A stretch of DNA of 32,249 bases, from assembly GCA_902477615.1 (NCBI GenBank), contig CABSHY010000001.1, positions 1-32,249 on the forward strand, in the 5' to 3' direction. Shown here in pieces: positions 9,925 to 19,405 of the stretch. The translations under genes were made by a program, and so were the position numbers. Under the pieces are notes generated by a model, which searched no databases, was not told the DNA's origin, and saw only the letters and a list, made by a program, of their open reading frames with translations. This DNA is from an uncultured Sutterella sp. (GTDB taxonomy: Bacteria; Pseudomonadota; Gammaproteobacteria; Burkholderiales; Burkholderiaceae_F). Numbering within the stretch: the stretch's first letter is position 1; each line of letters starts with the position of its first letter.

Positions 9925-11022
9925 ATGCACGAAACACAATACCAAGCTCTGCGTCGTCAAGGCGTCAGCCGCAGAAGCTTTCTTCAGTACTGTTAGCTGA
10001 CCGCCGCAAGCCTTGGGCTTGGAACGGCCGGTGCGCAAGAGATCGCTCATGCGATTGAAACCAAACCCAGAATGCCGGTAGTGTGGTTACACGGCTTGGA
10101 ATGCACTTGTTGTACTGAATCCTTTATCCGCTCTTACCACCCGGTGGCCAAAGACTTGGTCTTATCCATGATTTCGTTGGATTACGACGATACGATCATG
10201 GCGGCAGCCGGCCATCAAGCAGAAGCGGCTTTGGAAGAAACCATTACAAAGTACAAGGGCAACTACATTTTGGCTGTCGAAGGCAATATCCCGCTCAATG
10301 AAGACGGGGTGAACTGTATTCCAGGCGGTGAAACCTTCTTGAGAAAAATCCAACATGTCGCTAAAGACGCCAAGGCCGTGATCGGCTGGGGGTCTTGTGC
10401 GGCTTGGGGCTGTGTACAGGCAGCCAAACCCAATCCCACGAACGCAGTTCCTATTACAGAAATCATTAAAGATAAACCCATTGTTTTGGTACCGGGTTGC
10501 CCGCCGATTCCGGAAGTGATGTCTGCGGTGGTGACCTATATCCTTACCTATGATCGTATTCCGCCGCTTGACCGTTTAGGTCGCCCGAAGATGTTCTACG
10601 GTCAACGCATTCACGATAAGTGCTATCGTCGCGCTCACTTTGATGCCGGTCAGTTCGTTGAAAAATTCGATGACCAAGGCGCCAAGCTTGGCTACTGCCT
10701 CTATAAAGTGGGTTGCAAGGGTCCGACCACCTATAACGCTTGCTCTACCATCCGTTGGAATGAAGGTCTGTCTTGGCCGGTGCAATCCGGTCACGGCTGT
10801 ATCGGTTGTTCCGAACCCAACTTCTTTGATAAGGGTTCATTCTATGAACATGAAACCACTGTGTTGCCACCGGGCTTAGGCGGCATTGAAGCGACCGCCG
10901 ATAAGGTCGGTCTCGCAACAGTAGGTGTTGTCGGTGCTGCGGCGATTGCCCATGCAGCACTTTCAGCCGTTGCTCAAGCTCGAGCAAAAAAGACCAATAA
11001 AGATCTCGGGAGGGAAGAATAA
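9925..11022 (+). pseudogene. hyaA: Group 1d [NiFe]-hydrogenase small subunit with an in-frame TAG at codon 24 (nonsense allele or sequence error)
   Basis: AGGAGA SD then ATG 9925: [32 protein letters not shown]...[14 protein letters not shown], in frame with ORF 10072..11022; ECTCC, CAAWGC, PGCPP and C-terminal TM anchor. Confidence 0.85.
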
Positions 11023-12785
11023 TGGCAGACCGTCGAATTGTAGTGGACCCTGTAACGCGCATCGAAGGTCACCTTCGTGTTCAAGCCGTCTTGGGCAACA
11101 ATAATGTAATTACCGACTCTCAAAGTACAGGCACGATGTGGCGCGGCTTGGAAGTCATCTTAAAGGGGCGTGATCCCCGTGACGCCTGGGCGTTTGTCGA
11201 ACGTATCTGTGGTGTTTGCACGGGTATTCACGCCTTGGCCGCTGTCAGAAGCGTGGAAGATGCCATCGGCATCAAGATTCCGAAAAATGCCAACATCATC
11301 CGTAACTTGATGAATGCGACGCTTTATGCGCACGACCATATCGTTCACTTTTATCAACTCTCGGCCTTGGACTGGGTTGATGTGGTGAGCGCTTTGTCTG
11401 CAGATCCTCGTGAAGTCTCTGAACTTCAGAAGAAAATCAGCCCGCATCATCCGTTATCGTCCCCGGGCTACTTCCGTGACGTACAAAACCGTTTGAAGAA
11501 ATTTGTAGCTTCGGGTCAATTGGGGATTTTTGCTAACGGTTACTGGGGGCACCCGGCAATGAAATTGCCCGCCGCCGTCAATTTGTTGGCTGTGACGCAC
11601 TACTTGGAAGCGTTGGACTTCCAAAAAGAAATCATCAAAATCCATACGATTTTGGGTGGCAAGAACCCTCACCCGAATTATTTGGTGGGCGGTGTTGCCT
11701 GTCCGATCAATATGCATGAAACGGGTGCTGCGGGTAACATGATCAATGAAGTGACCATGAACTATATGCGAGACATCGCACAGCAAACCGTGGCCTTTGT
11801 TGAAAATGTGTACTTGCCTGACATTAAGGCCATTGCATCGTTTTATCCGGAATGGTTTAAGTACGGTGGCGGTTTGGTGAAGAAAAACGTGCTCTGCTAC
11901 GGTGACTTCCCGGAAATTGCCAATGACTGGTCTGAAAAATCGTTGCAAATGCCCATGGGTGCGATTATCGATGGTGATTTAACGCGCGTTCATGATGTGG
12001 ATTTACGCGATCTCAATCAAATTCAAGAATTTGTGGATCACTCCTGGTACAAGTACCCCGAAGGTCAAAAGGGTTTGCACCCGTGGGAAGGTGTGACCGA
12101 TCAAGCCTTTGAATTGTCCGAAGGTTCCGTCGGCACGAACACCAAGTTTGATTGGTTGGGTGAGGCAGGCAAATACTCTTGGATCAAGAGCCCGCGCTGG
12201 AAGGGCCACATGATGGAAGTCGGTCCCTTGGCTCGCTTGATTGTTTCAGTGGCCAAAGACGTGAAGCACTTTAAAGAACCGGCACTTGATTTGTTGAAAG
12301 AACTTAACCTTCCTTTGGAAGCCGTTTATTCAACCTTGGGTCGCCATGCGGCACGCGCCTTGGAATGCCAATGGGTTGCTCACAAGATGGTGCAATACGT
12401 TGACGACTTGGTGGCCAATATTCGCTTAGGCGATGAAGTCGCTGCCAACATGGAATTCTGGGAACCGAAGACTTGGCCCAAGGAATGCCGTGGGGTGGGC
12501 TTCTGTGAAGCACCTCGCGGAGCATTGGGTCACTGGTGCGTGATTAAAGACACGCGTATTGCCAACTGGCAAGCCATTGTGCCCACCACTTGGAATGCCT
12601 CACCGCGTTCCGAAGAAGGTCAACAAGGCGCCTTTGAGACGAGCCTCATCGGTACGCCCATGGCCGATCCCCATCGCCCGTTGGAAATTATTCGCACTAT
12701 TCACAGTTTCGACCCGTGTCTGGCTTGTGCCACGCACTTGTTAGACCCTGAAGGGCATGAACTTTGTGACGTTCGCGTGCGCTAG
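11022..12785 (+). CDS. hyaB: [NiFe]-hydrogenase large subunit
   Basis: RIEGH, ERICGVC, FDPCLACATH plus cleavable C-terminal tail. Confidence 0.97.
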   Translation: MADRRIVVDPVTRIEGHLRVQAVLGNNNVITDSQSTGTMWRGLEVILKGRDPRDAWAFVERICGVCTGIHALAAVRSVEDAIGIKIPKNANIIRNLMNATLYAHDHIVHFYQLSALDWVDVVSALSADPREVSELQKKISPHHPLSSPGYFRDVQNRLKKFVASGQLGIFANGYWGHPAMKLPAAVNLLAVTHYLEALDFQKEIIKIHTILGGKNPHPNYLVGGVACPINMHETGAAGNMINEVTMNYMRDIAQQTVAFVENVYLPDIKAIASFYPEWFKYGGGLVKKNVLCYGDFPEIANDWSEKSLQMPMGAIIDGDLTRVHDVDLRDLNQIQEFVDHSWYKYPEGQKGLHPWEGVTDQAFELSEGSVGTNTKFDWLGEAGKYSWIKSPRWKGHMMEVGPLARLIVSVAKDVKHFKEPALDLLKELNLPLEAVYSTLGRHAARALECQWVAHKMVQYVDDLVANIRLGDEVAANMEFWEPKTWPKECRGVGFCEAPRGALGHWCVIKDTRIANWQAIVPTTWNASPRSEEGQQGAFETSLIGTPMADPHRPLEIIRTIHSFDPCLACATHLLDPEGHELCDVRVR

Positions 12786-12794
12786 GAGGTCAAT

Positions 12795-13505
12795 ATGAAA
12801 ATTGATCCCGTCACCTTTGAGGTTGACGCCTCGCAAGGCACGCAACCGATTTATGTCTGGGAGGCTCCTGTTCGAGTCTGGCACTGGGCAATGGCAGCGT
12901 GCATGTTTGTCATGATCGTGACCGGTTTCTTAATTGGTGAACCGTTGGTAGCTAATTTGGGGAACACTTGGGCTACGTATGACTTTGGCTACATTCGTTT
13001 GGCACACTTTGTGGCCGGGATGATTTTTGCGGCTTTGTTTGTCTATCGCCTCTATTGGGCTATTGTAGGCAATCGCTACGCTCGCATGATTTTCATTCCG
13101 CCCTTGTGGTCATTGAAGTGGTGGAAAGGCGTTTGGTCTCAAGTGCTCTACTACCTCTTTTTGAAAAAGACGGCACCTGAATACGCCGGCCACAATCCGC
13201 TTGCGCAATTGGCGATGTTCTCCATGTTTGTTCTCGGCAGCTTCGTGGTCATCATCACCGGTTTAGCCCTCTACGCCCAAGCTTGGGGGTGGGATACGGA
13301 TTGGATGATTTGGTTCGGTTGGGTATTCTCGTTGCTGGGCGATGTACAGACCGTGCGTACGGTGCACCATGCTTGTATGTATGTGTTCATCCTCTTCTCG
13401 ATTGCGCACATTTATATGTCCTTTAGAGAAGACGTCATGGGTGGAGCGACCACGCTTTCTTCCATGTCCACGGGTCTGCGCATGTTTAAAGAAAATCATC
13501 ATTAA
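12795..13505 (+). CDS. hyaC: Ni/Fe-hydrogenase b-type cytochrome subunit
   Basis: VRVWHW, GHNPLAQ, four TM segments with His ligands. Confidence 0.95.
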   Translation: MKIDPVTFEVDASQGTQPIYVWEAPVRVWHWAMAACMFVMIVTGFLIGEPLVANLGNTWATYDFGYIRLAHFVAGMIFAALFVYRLYWAIVGNRYARMIFIPPLWSLKWWKGVWSQVLYYLFLKKTAPEYAGHNPLAQLAMFSMFVLGSFVVIITGLALYAQAWGWDTDWMIWFGWVFSLLGDVQTVRTVHHACMYVFILFSIAHIYMSFREDVMGGATTLSSMSTGLRMFKENHH

Positions 13506-13516
13506 TTTGGGTACAA

Positions 13517-13556
13517 AGAAAGCAAGGACAATTGCGGACTTGCTTTCTGACTTTCT
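13517..13556 (+). terminator. Intra-operon hairpin after the structural genes
   Basis: AGAAAGCAAG...CTTGCTTTCT stem with a weak T-rich tail. Confidence 0.5.
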
Positions 13557-13630
13557 GAAACGCTCGCGATGTGACCTCTCTCATCATCGGCGGGCGTTTT
13601 TTACGCAGTGGGTTTCATAAAGGAAAAAGA

Positions 13631-14266
13631 ATGAGTAAAAACTTTCCAACTGAAGTGTTGGTATTAGGAATCGGAAACATTTTATGGGCCGACGAAGGCT
13701 TTGGTGTTAGAGCGGTCGAAGCGTTTCATCAGCGCTTTAAAGCAATCGATGGTGTTCGTGTGATGGACGGTGGCACGCTCGGCAACTACCTCATCAATGA
13801 CGTCACGGATTCGCGTCGCATTTTGCTTTTTGATTGTTGTGATCTTAAGGCTGAAGCCGGCACCTTGCGTGTGCTTCGCGACGATGACATTAAGCTTTGG
13901 TCGAGTACGAAAATTTCACCTCATCAAACGGGGATGAATGATGTGTTGGTCACTGCCGCTTTTGGCGGGTACGAACCTGAGGCATTGACTGTCATTGGCG
14001 TTCAACCGAAAGAGCTCAATGACTACGGTGGCAGTTTAACTGAGGTTGTCAAGGCAAAAGTAAACCAAGCGGTGGATTTGGCTCGAGAGGAACTCAAGAC
14101 GTGGGGTTTTGAGTTAAATGAGCGCGATGCGGATGAAGTCGTTGAGCCTTTGGGCTTTTCCTCTTTGGAGCTTGATCCCTATGAAACCGAACGCCCGAAA
14201 GAGACAGACGCTTGTCGGGTAGGGGATATTCGATTTTTAAAGACAGAGGATAAATCATGTGCATAG
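13631..14266 (+). CDS. hyaD: Hydrogenase maturation endopeptidase HyaD/HupD
   Basis: GIGNILWADEGFG, DGGT, HQTG; start set at ATG 13631 after AAGGA. Confidence 0.93.
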   Translation: MSKNFPTEVLVLGIGNILWADEGFGVRAVEAFHQRFKAIDGVRVMDGGTLGNYLINDVTDSRRILLFDCCDLKAEAGTLRVLRDDDIKLWSSTKISPHQTGMNDVLVTAAFGGYEPEALTVIGVQPKELNDYGGSLTEVVKAKVNQAVDLAREELKTWGFELNERDADEVVEPLGFSSLELDPYETERPKETDACRVGDIRFLKTEDKSCA

Positions 14267-14601
14267 CCATTCCCAAGAAAGTCCTGTCCGTTAAGAAAGT
14301 AGCCGGTGGCCAAGTGGCCATGGTTGAAGGCAATGCGGGCGAAGAAAAGATTGATATCTCCCTTTTGGATGCTGTGAAAGAAGGTGACTACATTCTTGTT
14401 TTCCGCTCGGTTGCCTTGCGTAAAATCGATAAGGCAGAAGCCAATCAAATTTCGGAAGCTTTAAAGTGTGTGGATGCGGTGATGAGAGGAGAGGGTGACG
14501 TTGCTACGATTGAAAGTGGTTTTGGCGACCTTATTCACGAAGAGCCTCAGTTGCCCGAACACTTAAAGTCACTGGTTGGCAAGAAAACGCTTGAGGATTA
14601 A
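14257..14601 (+). CDS. HypC paralog, HupF/HoxL type
   Basis: MCIAIP N-terminus; C-terminal extension GDLIHEEPQLPEHL. Confidence 0.85.
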   Translation: MCIAIPKKVLSVKKVAGGQVAMVEGNAGEEKIDISLLDAVKEGDYILVFRSVALRKIDKAEANQISEALKCVDAVMRGEGDVATIESGFGDLIHEEPQLPEHLKSLVGKKTLED

Positions 14602-14604
14602 CGC

Positions 14605-15069
14605 ATGGCAACGGTAAAAACAAACTACATTGACGATCAAAAGCACCCGGCTTTACTTCGTTTATTTGAGACCGAAGGTTTTTCTCATCTCAATGAGGAA
14701 AATCTGGACGCGTTTTTAGCAAAAGAAGGTTTAAAGCTTGCGATCTTTGCCGATAACCCCAATGACCGTAAAACAACGCTTGATATTGCGGTGATTGCAC
14801 CGGAATTAAAAAAAGCTTTTGAAGGCACTCTCGTTGAGACCGCTTGGGCAGACTTTAAAGTGGCTCGCAGTCTTGCGGCACGTTGGGGCTTGCGTTCAAT
14901 GCCATCCGTTGCGATCTTTATTGATGACGTATTTTGGGGCGCTGTTCAAGGTTTAAAAACGTGGGAAGAGTATTGTCGGTTGATTCCGGAAATTTTATTG
15001 CAGGAAAAGCCCGCACCCCGCACGATTGCGCTTCTTAATAAGGACGCATCGAGTGGTTGCGAGGAATAA
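14605..15069 (+). CDS. hyaE: Thioredoxin-like chaperone HyaE/HupG/HoxO
   Basis: DIAVIAPEL, LAARWG...PSV, GL.TWEEY; operon position. Confidence 0.8.
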   Translation: MATVKTNYIDDQKHPALLRLFETEGFSHLNEENLDAFLAKEGLKLAIFADNPNDRKTTLDIAVIAPELKKAFEGTLVETAWADFKVARSLAARWGLRSMPSVAIFIDDVFWGAVQGLKTWEEYCRLIPEILLQEKPAPRTIALLNKDASSGCEE

Positions 15070-15079
15070 GGAAATAATT

Positions 15080-15880
15080 ATGAGTATGCATCACACTTCC
15101 ATTCGTTGGGCCAATGTTGATTTGGATCGTGAGACGGAATTGGCCGCGATTAAAGAAACCATTGAGCTTGTTGAGAAAATCAAAAGAGCTCTGAAATCGG
15201 GTGTTGAACTTCAACAATCGGAAAATCTTTGTACGATTGACTTTGATACGTTTGAGTCAGAGCACATGGATTTTATTTTGGCAACGTTAGGCGTGGGTGA
15301 AGCACGTATTGTTTTGCGTAAAGACGATGTGCGCATGGCTGAAACCGGAATCAGTGGTGTGTGGCGAGTGCAAGAAAAGGGTGTCCAACGCTTTGAAGTC
15401 TCATGCCTGCCCTTACCCTTATTGAATGCCCTAAAAGCTTCCTGTGCGCCATTAGTGACGCCTGAGGCTGTCCCTGAAGGTGTGTTCGTCGCACCTGCGG
15501 TTTTAAAGGAGTTAGAACACGCTCAAGGCAACGTCAAACTTGATCAAATCTCCTTTGATCCACCCTACATGGTGGAGCTAACGCGTCAACCGTTATCCGA
15601 TATTGATAAAGATTATTTGACAGCGGCGTTAGGGGTTGGTGATGTTGCGATTGAACTCTCCGGTTTTGCGAATGCCAATATCCAAAGTACGCAATACCAA
15701 GGTATTTGGCGCAACACCATTTTGAATAATGCCGGCAAAGAATTGTTAGACTCTTATGTGGTAACACGTATTCCGCCTGAAGTGCCCAGTGCACCTGAAG
15801 AGATGGCCGATTCCATCGCACAATGCGATGAAATCATTGAGTGGCTCAACGAGGACATGGAGCGCGACACACGGGAGTAA
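15080..15880 (+). CDS. hyaF: Hydrogenase expression protein HyaF/HupH/HoxQ
   Basis: Duplicated LGVGE/LGVGD...T...G(V/I)WR repeats; start at ATG 15080 after AAGGA. Confidence 0.8.
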   Translation: MSMHHTSIRWANVDLDRETELAAIKETIELVEKIKRALKSGVELQQSENLCTIDFDTFESEHMDFILATLGVGEARIVLRKDDVRMAETGISGVWRVQEKGVQRFEVSCLPLPLLNALKASCAPLVTPEAVPEGVFVAPAVLKELEHAQGNVKLDQISFDPPYMVELTRQPLSDIDKDYLTAALGVGDVAIELSGFANANIQSTQYQGIWRNTILNNAGKELLDSYVVTRIPPEVPSAPEEMADSIAQCDEIIEWLNEDMERDTRE

Positions 15881-15884
15881 ATCC

Positions 15885-16127
15885 ATGAGTGAAGTGGAAC
15901 GCATTGACGAAATGCTTGATCGCTTAAATCGAGAACGTGCGCAAAAGACGAAGAAAATGCAATGCAAGGTCTGTTGGTACGTCTACGATGAAGCATTGGG
16001 TTGTGAAGAGTTTGATATTGACCCTGGGGTGAGTTTTAACGATTTGCCCGAGCATTTCACGTGTCCGAATTGTGGCAACGATAAGTCCGCCTTTTTACCT
16101 CTAGACGACGCAGAGAGCGCATTGTGA
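15885..16127 (+). CDS. Rubredoxin (HupI/HoxR type)
   Basis: CKVCWYVYD...F.DLP..F.CPNC; GGGAG SD. Confidence 0.9.
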   Translation: MSEVERIDEMLDRLNRERAQKTKKMQCKVCWYVYDEALGCEEFDIDPGVSFNDLPEHFTCPNCGNDKSAFLPLDDAESAL

Positions 16128-17023
16128 GATTAGTGATTACGGTCGGTGGCAACGCGCTCTTAAAACGAGGTGAATTGCTAAGCGCTGCCAATCAAAGAGC
16201 CAATGTCCGCACGGCCTGCGCAGCCATTGCCCACGTAATGGCTGCGCACGAAGTCGTATTAAGTCATGGCAACGGCCCTCAAGTGGGGCTTTTGGCCCTT
16301 CAAAACGATGCCTATAAAGCTGTCCCTGCCTACCCCTTTGATATTTTGGGGGCTCAAAGTCAGGCCATGATTGGCGTGATGATGGTCGAAGAACTTAAAA
16401 ATCTTTTACCCGAAAAAGATTTTGTCAATCTTGTCACTCGTACACTTGTCAGTGCAACGGATCCCGCCTTTGATCAGCCGTCCAAATTTATTGGTCCCGT
16501 TTTAACGAAAGATGAAGCTCACGAGTTAGCAAAAGAAAAAGGTTGGGTGATTAAGCCCGATGGTGAACATTTTCGTCGTGTGATCGCGAGTCCCGAACCG
16601 ATTAAGATTTTGGAGTTACCCGCGATTAAAACGCTTTTAGACAATGGCTTTAATGTGATTGCCGCAGGTGGCGGAGGCGTGCCTGTTATCTCTGAAAACG
16701 GGGCGTACAGAGGCATTGAAGCCGTGATTGATAAAGATTTTGCGGCAAGCTTATTAGCGATTGAATTAAAGGCCGAGCGCTTGATTATCGCAACGGATGT
16801 TGATGGCGTTTATGAGGATTGGGGCAAGCCCAATCAAAAGCGCATTGACCGCATTGGTGCAGAAGAATTACTTAAGGGGACGTGGGCACCGGGCTCCATG
16901 GGCCCTAAAGTCAAAGCCGCTTGTCAGTACGTTTTAAAAACCAAAAAAACAGCCACCATTGGAGCGCTTCATGAGATTGAAGCCATGGTGGCCGGTCAGA
17001 AAGGAACAATGATCGTTCCTTAA
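16124..17023 (+). CDS. arcC: Carbamate kinase
   Basis: GGNAL, HGNGPQVG, KFIGP, RRVIASPEP, GGGGVPV, EAVIDKD, GSMGPKV; GTGA overlap with the rubredoxin gene. Confidence 0.93.
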   Translation: MRLVITVGGNALLKRGELLSAANQRANVRTACAAIAHVMAAHEVVLSHGNGPQVGLLALQNDAYKAVPAYPFDILGAQSQAMIGVMMVEELKNLLPEKDFVNLVTRTLVSATDPAFDQPSKFIGPVLTKDEAHELAKEKGWVIKPDGEHFRRVIASPEPIKILELPAIKTLLDNGFNVIAAGGGGVPVISENGAYRGIEAVIDKDFAASLLAIELKAERLIIATDVDGVYEDWGKPNQKRIDRIGAEELLKGTWAPGSMGPKVKAACQYVLKTKKTATIGALHEIEAMVAGQKGTMIVP

Positions 17024-17041
17024 CTCAGAAAAAAGAGCAGA

Positions 17042-17392
17042 TTATCGGCAGCGATAAGCGCGACCGATATTGGTGATGTTTTCTAACGAGTTGTCATCAT
17101 CGGTGCTATTAAACGAATCCGTAATCAAAACAACATTGGCGCCAAGTTTGGCGGCTTCATTTCTTAAATCATTACGAGCACCCAAGGCGAGATTCTTGTT
17201 GGGCGTCCAGTTGCCCGTAATCCAATTGCCTTGAGAACCGGCCACTTCACCGACGAATTCGCAACGACCTGCATATTCTTGCGGCATGCTCTGAACGATG
17301 ACGACCTGTTGACCTTGTGGGGTCACAGAAGTAGCGGCACATCCAGTCAATAACAATAACGGAAGGGCAGAAAGTAAAAGAATCTTTTTCAT
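17042..17392 (-). CDS. Small lipoprotein (DUF4156-like)
   Basis: MKK + hydrophobic stretch + LTGC lipobox; ARNDLRNEAAKLGAN...AYRC. Confidence 0.75.
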   Translation of the reverse strand: MKKILLLSALPLLLLTGCAATSVTPQGQQVVIVQSMPQEYAGRCEFVGEVAGSQGNWITGNWTPNKNLALGARNDLRNEAAKLGANVVLITDSFNSTDDDNSLENITNIGRAYRCR

Positions 17393-17450
17393 GATGTTTT
17401 TTATTAAAAATTTTGCACCCGTTAAGTTTAATGCAAAAAAGCGAATAGAC

Positions 17451-17484
17451 AAAGAAAAACGCGAGCTCCGAAGAACTCGCGTTT
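17451..17484 (-). terminator. Rho-independent terminator of frdC
   Basis: AAACGCGAGTTC-TTCG-GAGCTCGCGTTT followed by TTCTTT on the - strand. Confidence 0.85.
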
Positions 17485-17512
17485 GGTAACTTTTAAATCC
17501 GATTAGGGATTA

Positions 17513-18304
17513 TTAGTTCCACCAGTTGTTGACCGGTTCGTACTTAACGATCGGTTCGCCAGAGTCGACGAGTTCCTTACCGTTGCTGTAGTACGTCCAC
17601 ATCGTCAAGGAACCGCAAGCGATCATAGCGACCACGAGGCAGTACATGATCTTGCGGAGAGCTTCACGGTTACCGGCGCAAACGTCCCACTTGACGGCCA
17701 AGCGGTACAAACCGATCATGCCGTGCAATTCGGTAGCAACCAAGAAGATGAACGTCCAGACCAAACCGTTGTGATACGTGTGAACGGAAGAAAGGTTAGG
17801 TCCAATGGAGTGCGGGTCAAGCAACATCGGCGTGACGTGCGGGAAAACCATGCCCGTCAAGATCACAGCGGTCACGATTTGAACGATCCAAAGCGTGGTG
17901 TCGCGGTGAGCGATGAATTGATATTGGCCCTTGATGTTATGGAACATGCGATAGCTCGTCGGGAAACGACGCAAAGCCATCAAGGCGTGGATGATAACGA
18001 GGAGCGTGATAGCGCCAACGAAAACAACGTGCATCCAAGCTTGTTCTTCACCGAAGATCGGATAACCGCCGGAGAAAGCAACCAAGTTCCAGAAAACGTC
18101 TTTGCCCAATTGAATGGAGCTCGTGAAAGCCATGTGGCAGAACAAGAACAAGCCCAACAAGAGACCCGTGACGGATTGTGCAACGTCACAGTAAGCCGGC
18201 CACTTGCTTGCGCGCTTGGCGTTAGCCAATTCCACACCGGCGATGACTTCTTCAGACGTCGGGGTGTTGGAATACTTTTCTAAGTCAGTGGTATACATCG
18301 ACAT
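17513..18304 (-). CDS. frdC: Dihaem cytochrome b subunit of quinol:fumarate reductase (Wolinella/Campylobacter-type FrdC)
   Basis: SKWPA..D..QS.TGL, CHM, IHALMALRRFP, H.DTTLW..Q, ELHG.IGLYRLAVKW; five TM segments. Confidence 0.88.
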   Translation of the reverse strand: MSMYTTDLEKYSNTPTSEEVIAGVELANAKRASKWPAYCDVAQSVTGLLLGLFLFCHMAFTSSIQLGKDVFWNLVAFSGGYPIFGEEQAWMHVVFVGAITLLVIIHALMALRRFPTSYRMFHNIKGQYQFIAHRDTTLWIVQIVTAVILTGMVFPHVTPMLLDPHSIGPNLSSVHTYHNGLVWTFIFLVATELHGMIGLYRLAVKWDVCAGNREALRKIMYCLVVAMIACGSLTMWTYYSNGKELVDSGEPIVKYEPVNNWWN

Positions 18305-18517
18305 GATGAGAGTTTACCTTTATAAGAAGTTATGTCCTAAATTAAACGCGGTCCAAAGCATTTAATCAGACTCTATCAAATAGTAAAAATGTCCGAACGG
18401 ACACGATTACCATTCCGACATACGAATGATCCACCATTTTCATGTAAAAAGGTTTGCGTTATGTCAGAAGTTTTGCTCTTTTTTCAGATTATTTTAAGCT
18501 TCAAAAGAGTAAAAATG

Positions 18518-18582
18518 AGGGTTAACCCTAGATAGTTGCTTAAATATTCATCAAATGATGTAAAAGCATCAGGGTTAACCCT
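18518..18582. promoter_or_regulatory. Pair of perfect palindromes AGGGTTAACCCT upstream of frdC
   Basis: Identical 12-bp palindromes at 18518-18529 and 18571-18582. Confidence 0.6.
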
Positions 18583-18611
18583 TAATTTCTCGGTTTGAGA
18601 AATTACAATGA

Positions 18612-19259
18612 TCAAAGCGTGCCGAACAAGCGGTCGCCGGCATCGCCCAAACCCGGAACGATGTAGGCTTTTTCGTTCAAATGATCGTCCAAGCTTGCCG
18701 TAAAGACCTTGATATCGGGGTGCAATTCTTGGAAGGTCTTCATCCCTTCGGGAGCGCACAATAAGCAAATAAAGACGATGCGATCGGCCGGTACATTGCG
18801 CTTTTTAAGTACATCCACAGCGTGAGCAGCAGAGTAACCCGTGGCCATCATCGGATCGACGACAAAGAACGTACGATCTTGCACTTCGGGCAACTTCACC
18901 AAATATTCCACCGGGTGATGATTTTCATCACGGTACATACCGATGTGACCAACACGGGCGCCAGGCATCAAATCCAAAAAGCCGTCAGCCATACCAAGGC
19001 CGGCACGCAAAACCGGAACGATCACGGGCTTTTTACCCGACAAGAACGGCGCATCGTATTCGCACAAAGGCGTCTCAATCATGCGCGTCGTCAAGGGGAG
19101 ATCACGCGTGACTTCATAGCCCATCAAAACCGTGATTTCACGCAATAGGGCGCGGAAATCCTTTGACGGGGTATCCTTTTTACGCATGATGGAGAGTTTG
19201 TGCTGAATCAGCGGATGGTCAATGATGTCCAAATTAGGGAAACGAGAATCTTGACGCAT
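18612..19259 (-). CDS. upp: Uracil phosphoribosyltransferase
   Basis: [36 protein letters not shown]. Confidence 0.97.
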   Translation of the reverse strand: MRQDSRFPNLDIIDHPLIQHKLSIMRKKDTPSKDFRALLREITVLMGYEVTRDLPLTTRMIETPLCEYDAPFLSGKKPVIVPVLRAGLGMADGFLDLMPGARVGHIGMYRDENHHPVEYLVKLPEVQDRTFFVVDPMMATGYSAAHAVDVLKKRNVPADRIVFICLLCAPEGMKTFQELHPDIKVFTASLDDHLNEKAYIVPGLGDAGDRLFGTL

Positions 19260-19405
19260 TTAAATGTCCTTCCATTGAAGAGGTTAACTTGACTATCTTA
19301 GCGGTTTCTATCCTGAATTGTGAGCGATTTTTAAAAAAAGGGACCAAAAAGCCTCGAGAGTGTTAAAGTTAGAGGGAAATTGATCTTCAACAGTAAGAGT
19401 TAAAA

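Noticed and set aside
9994..9996. Pyrrolysine or genome-wide TAG reassignment
   Set aside because: TAG ends several genes at their expected termini, no pyl genes are in the window, and the position lies in a cleaved signal peptide
10072..11022. ORF-track start as the natural start of a signal-less small subunit
   Set aside because: An SD, ATG and complete Tat signal lie in frame upstream, and there is no SD before 10072
4210..14601. Two HypC-family genes as a novelty
   Set aside because: A HypC plus HupF/HoxL pair is standard in group 1d hydrogenase clusters
18541..18554. FNR box upstream of frdC
   Set aside because: TAAAT-N4-ATCAA matches only one half-site well
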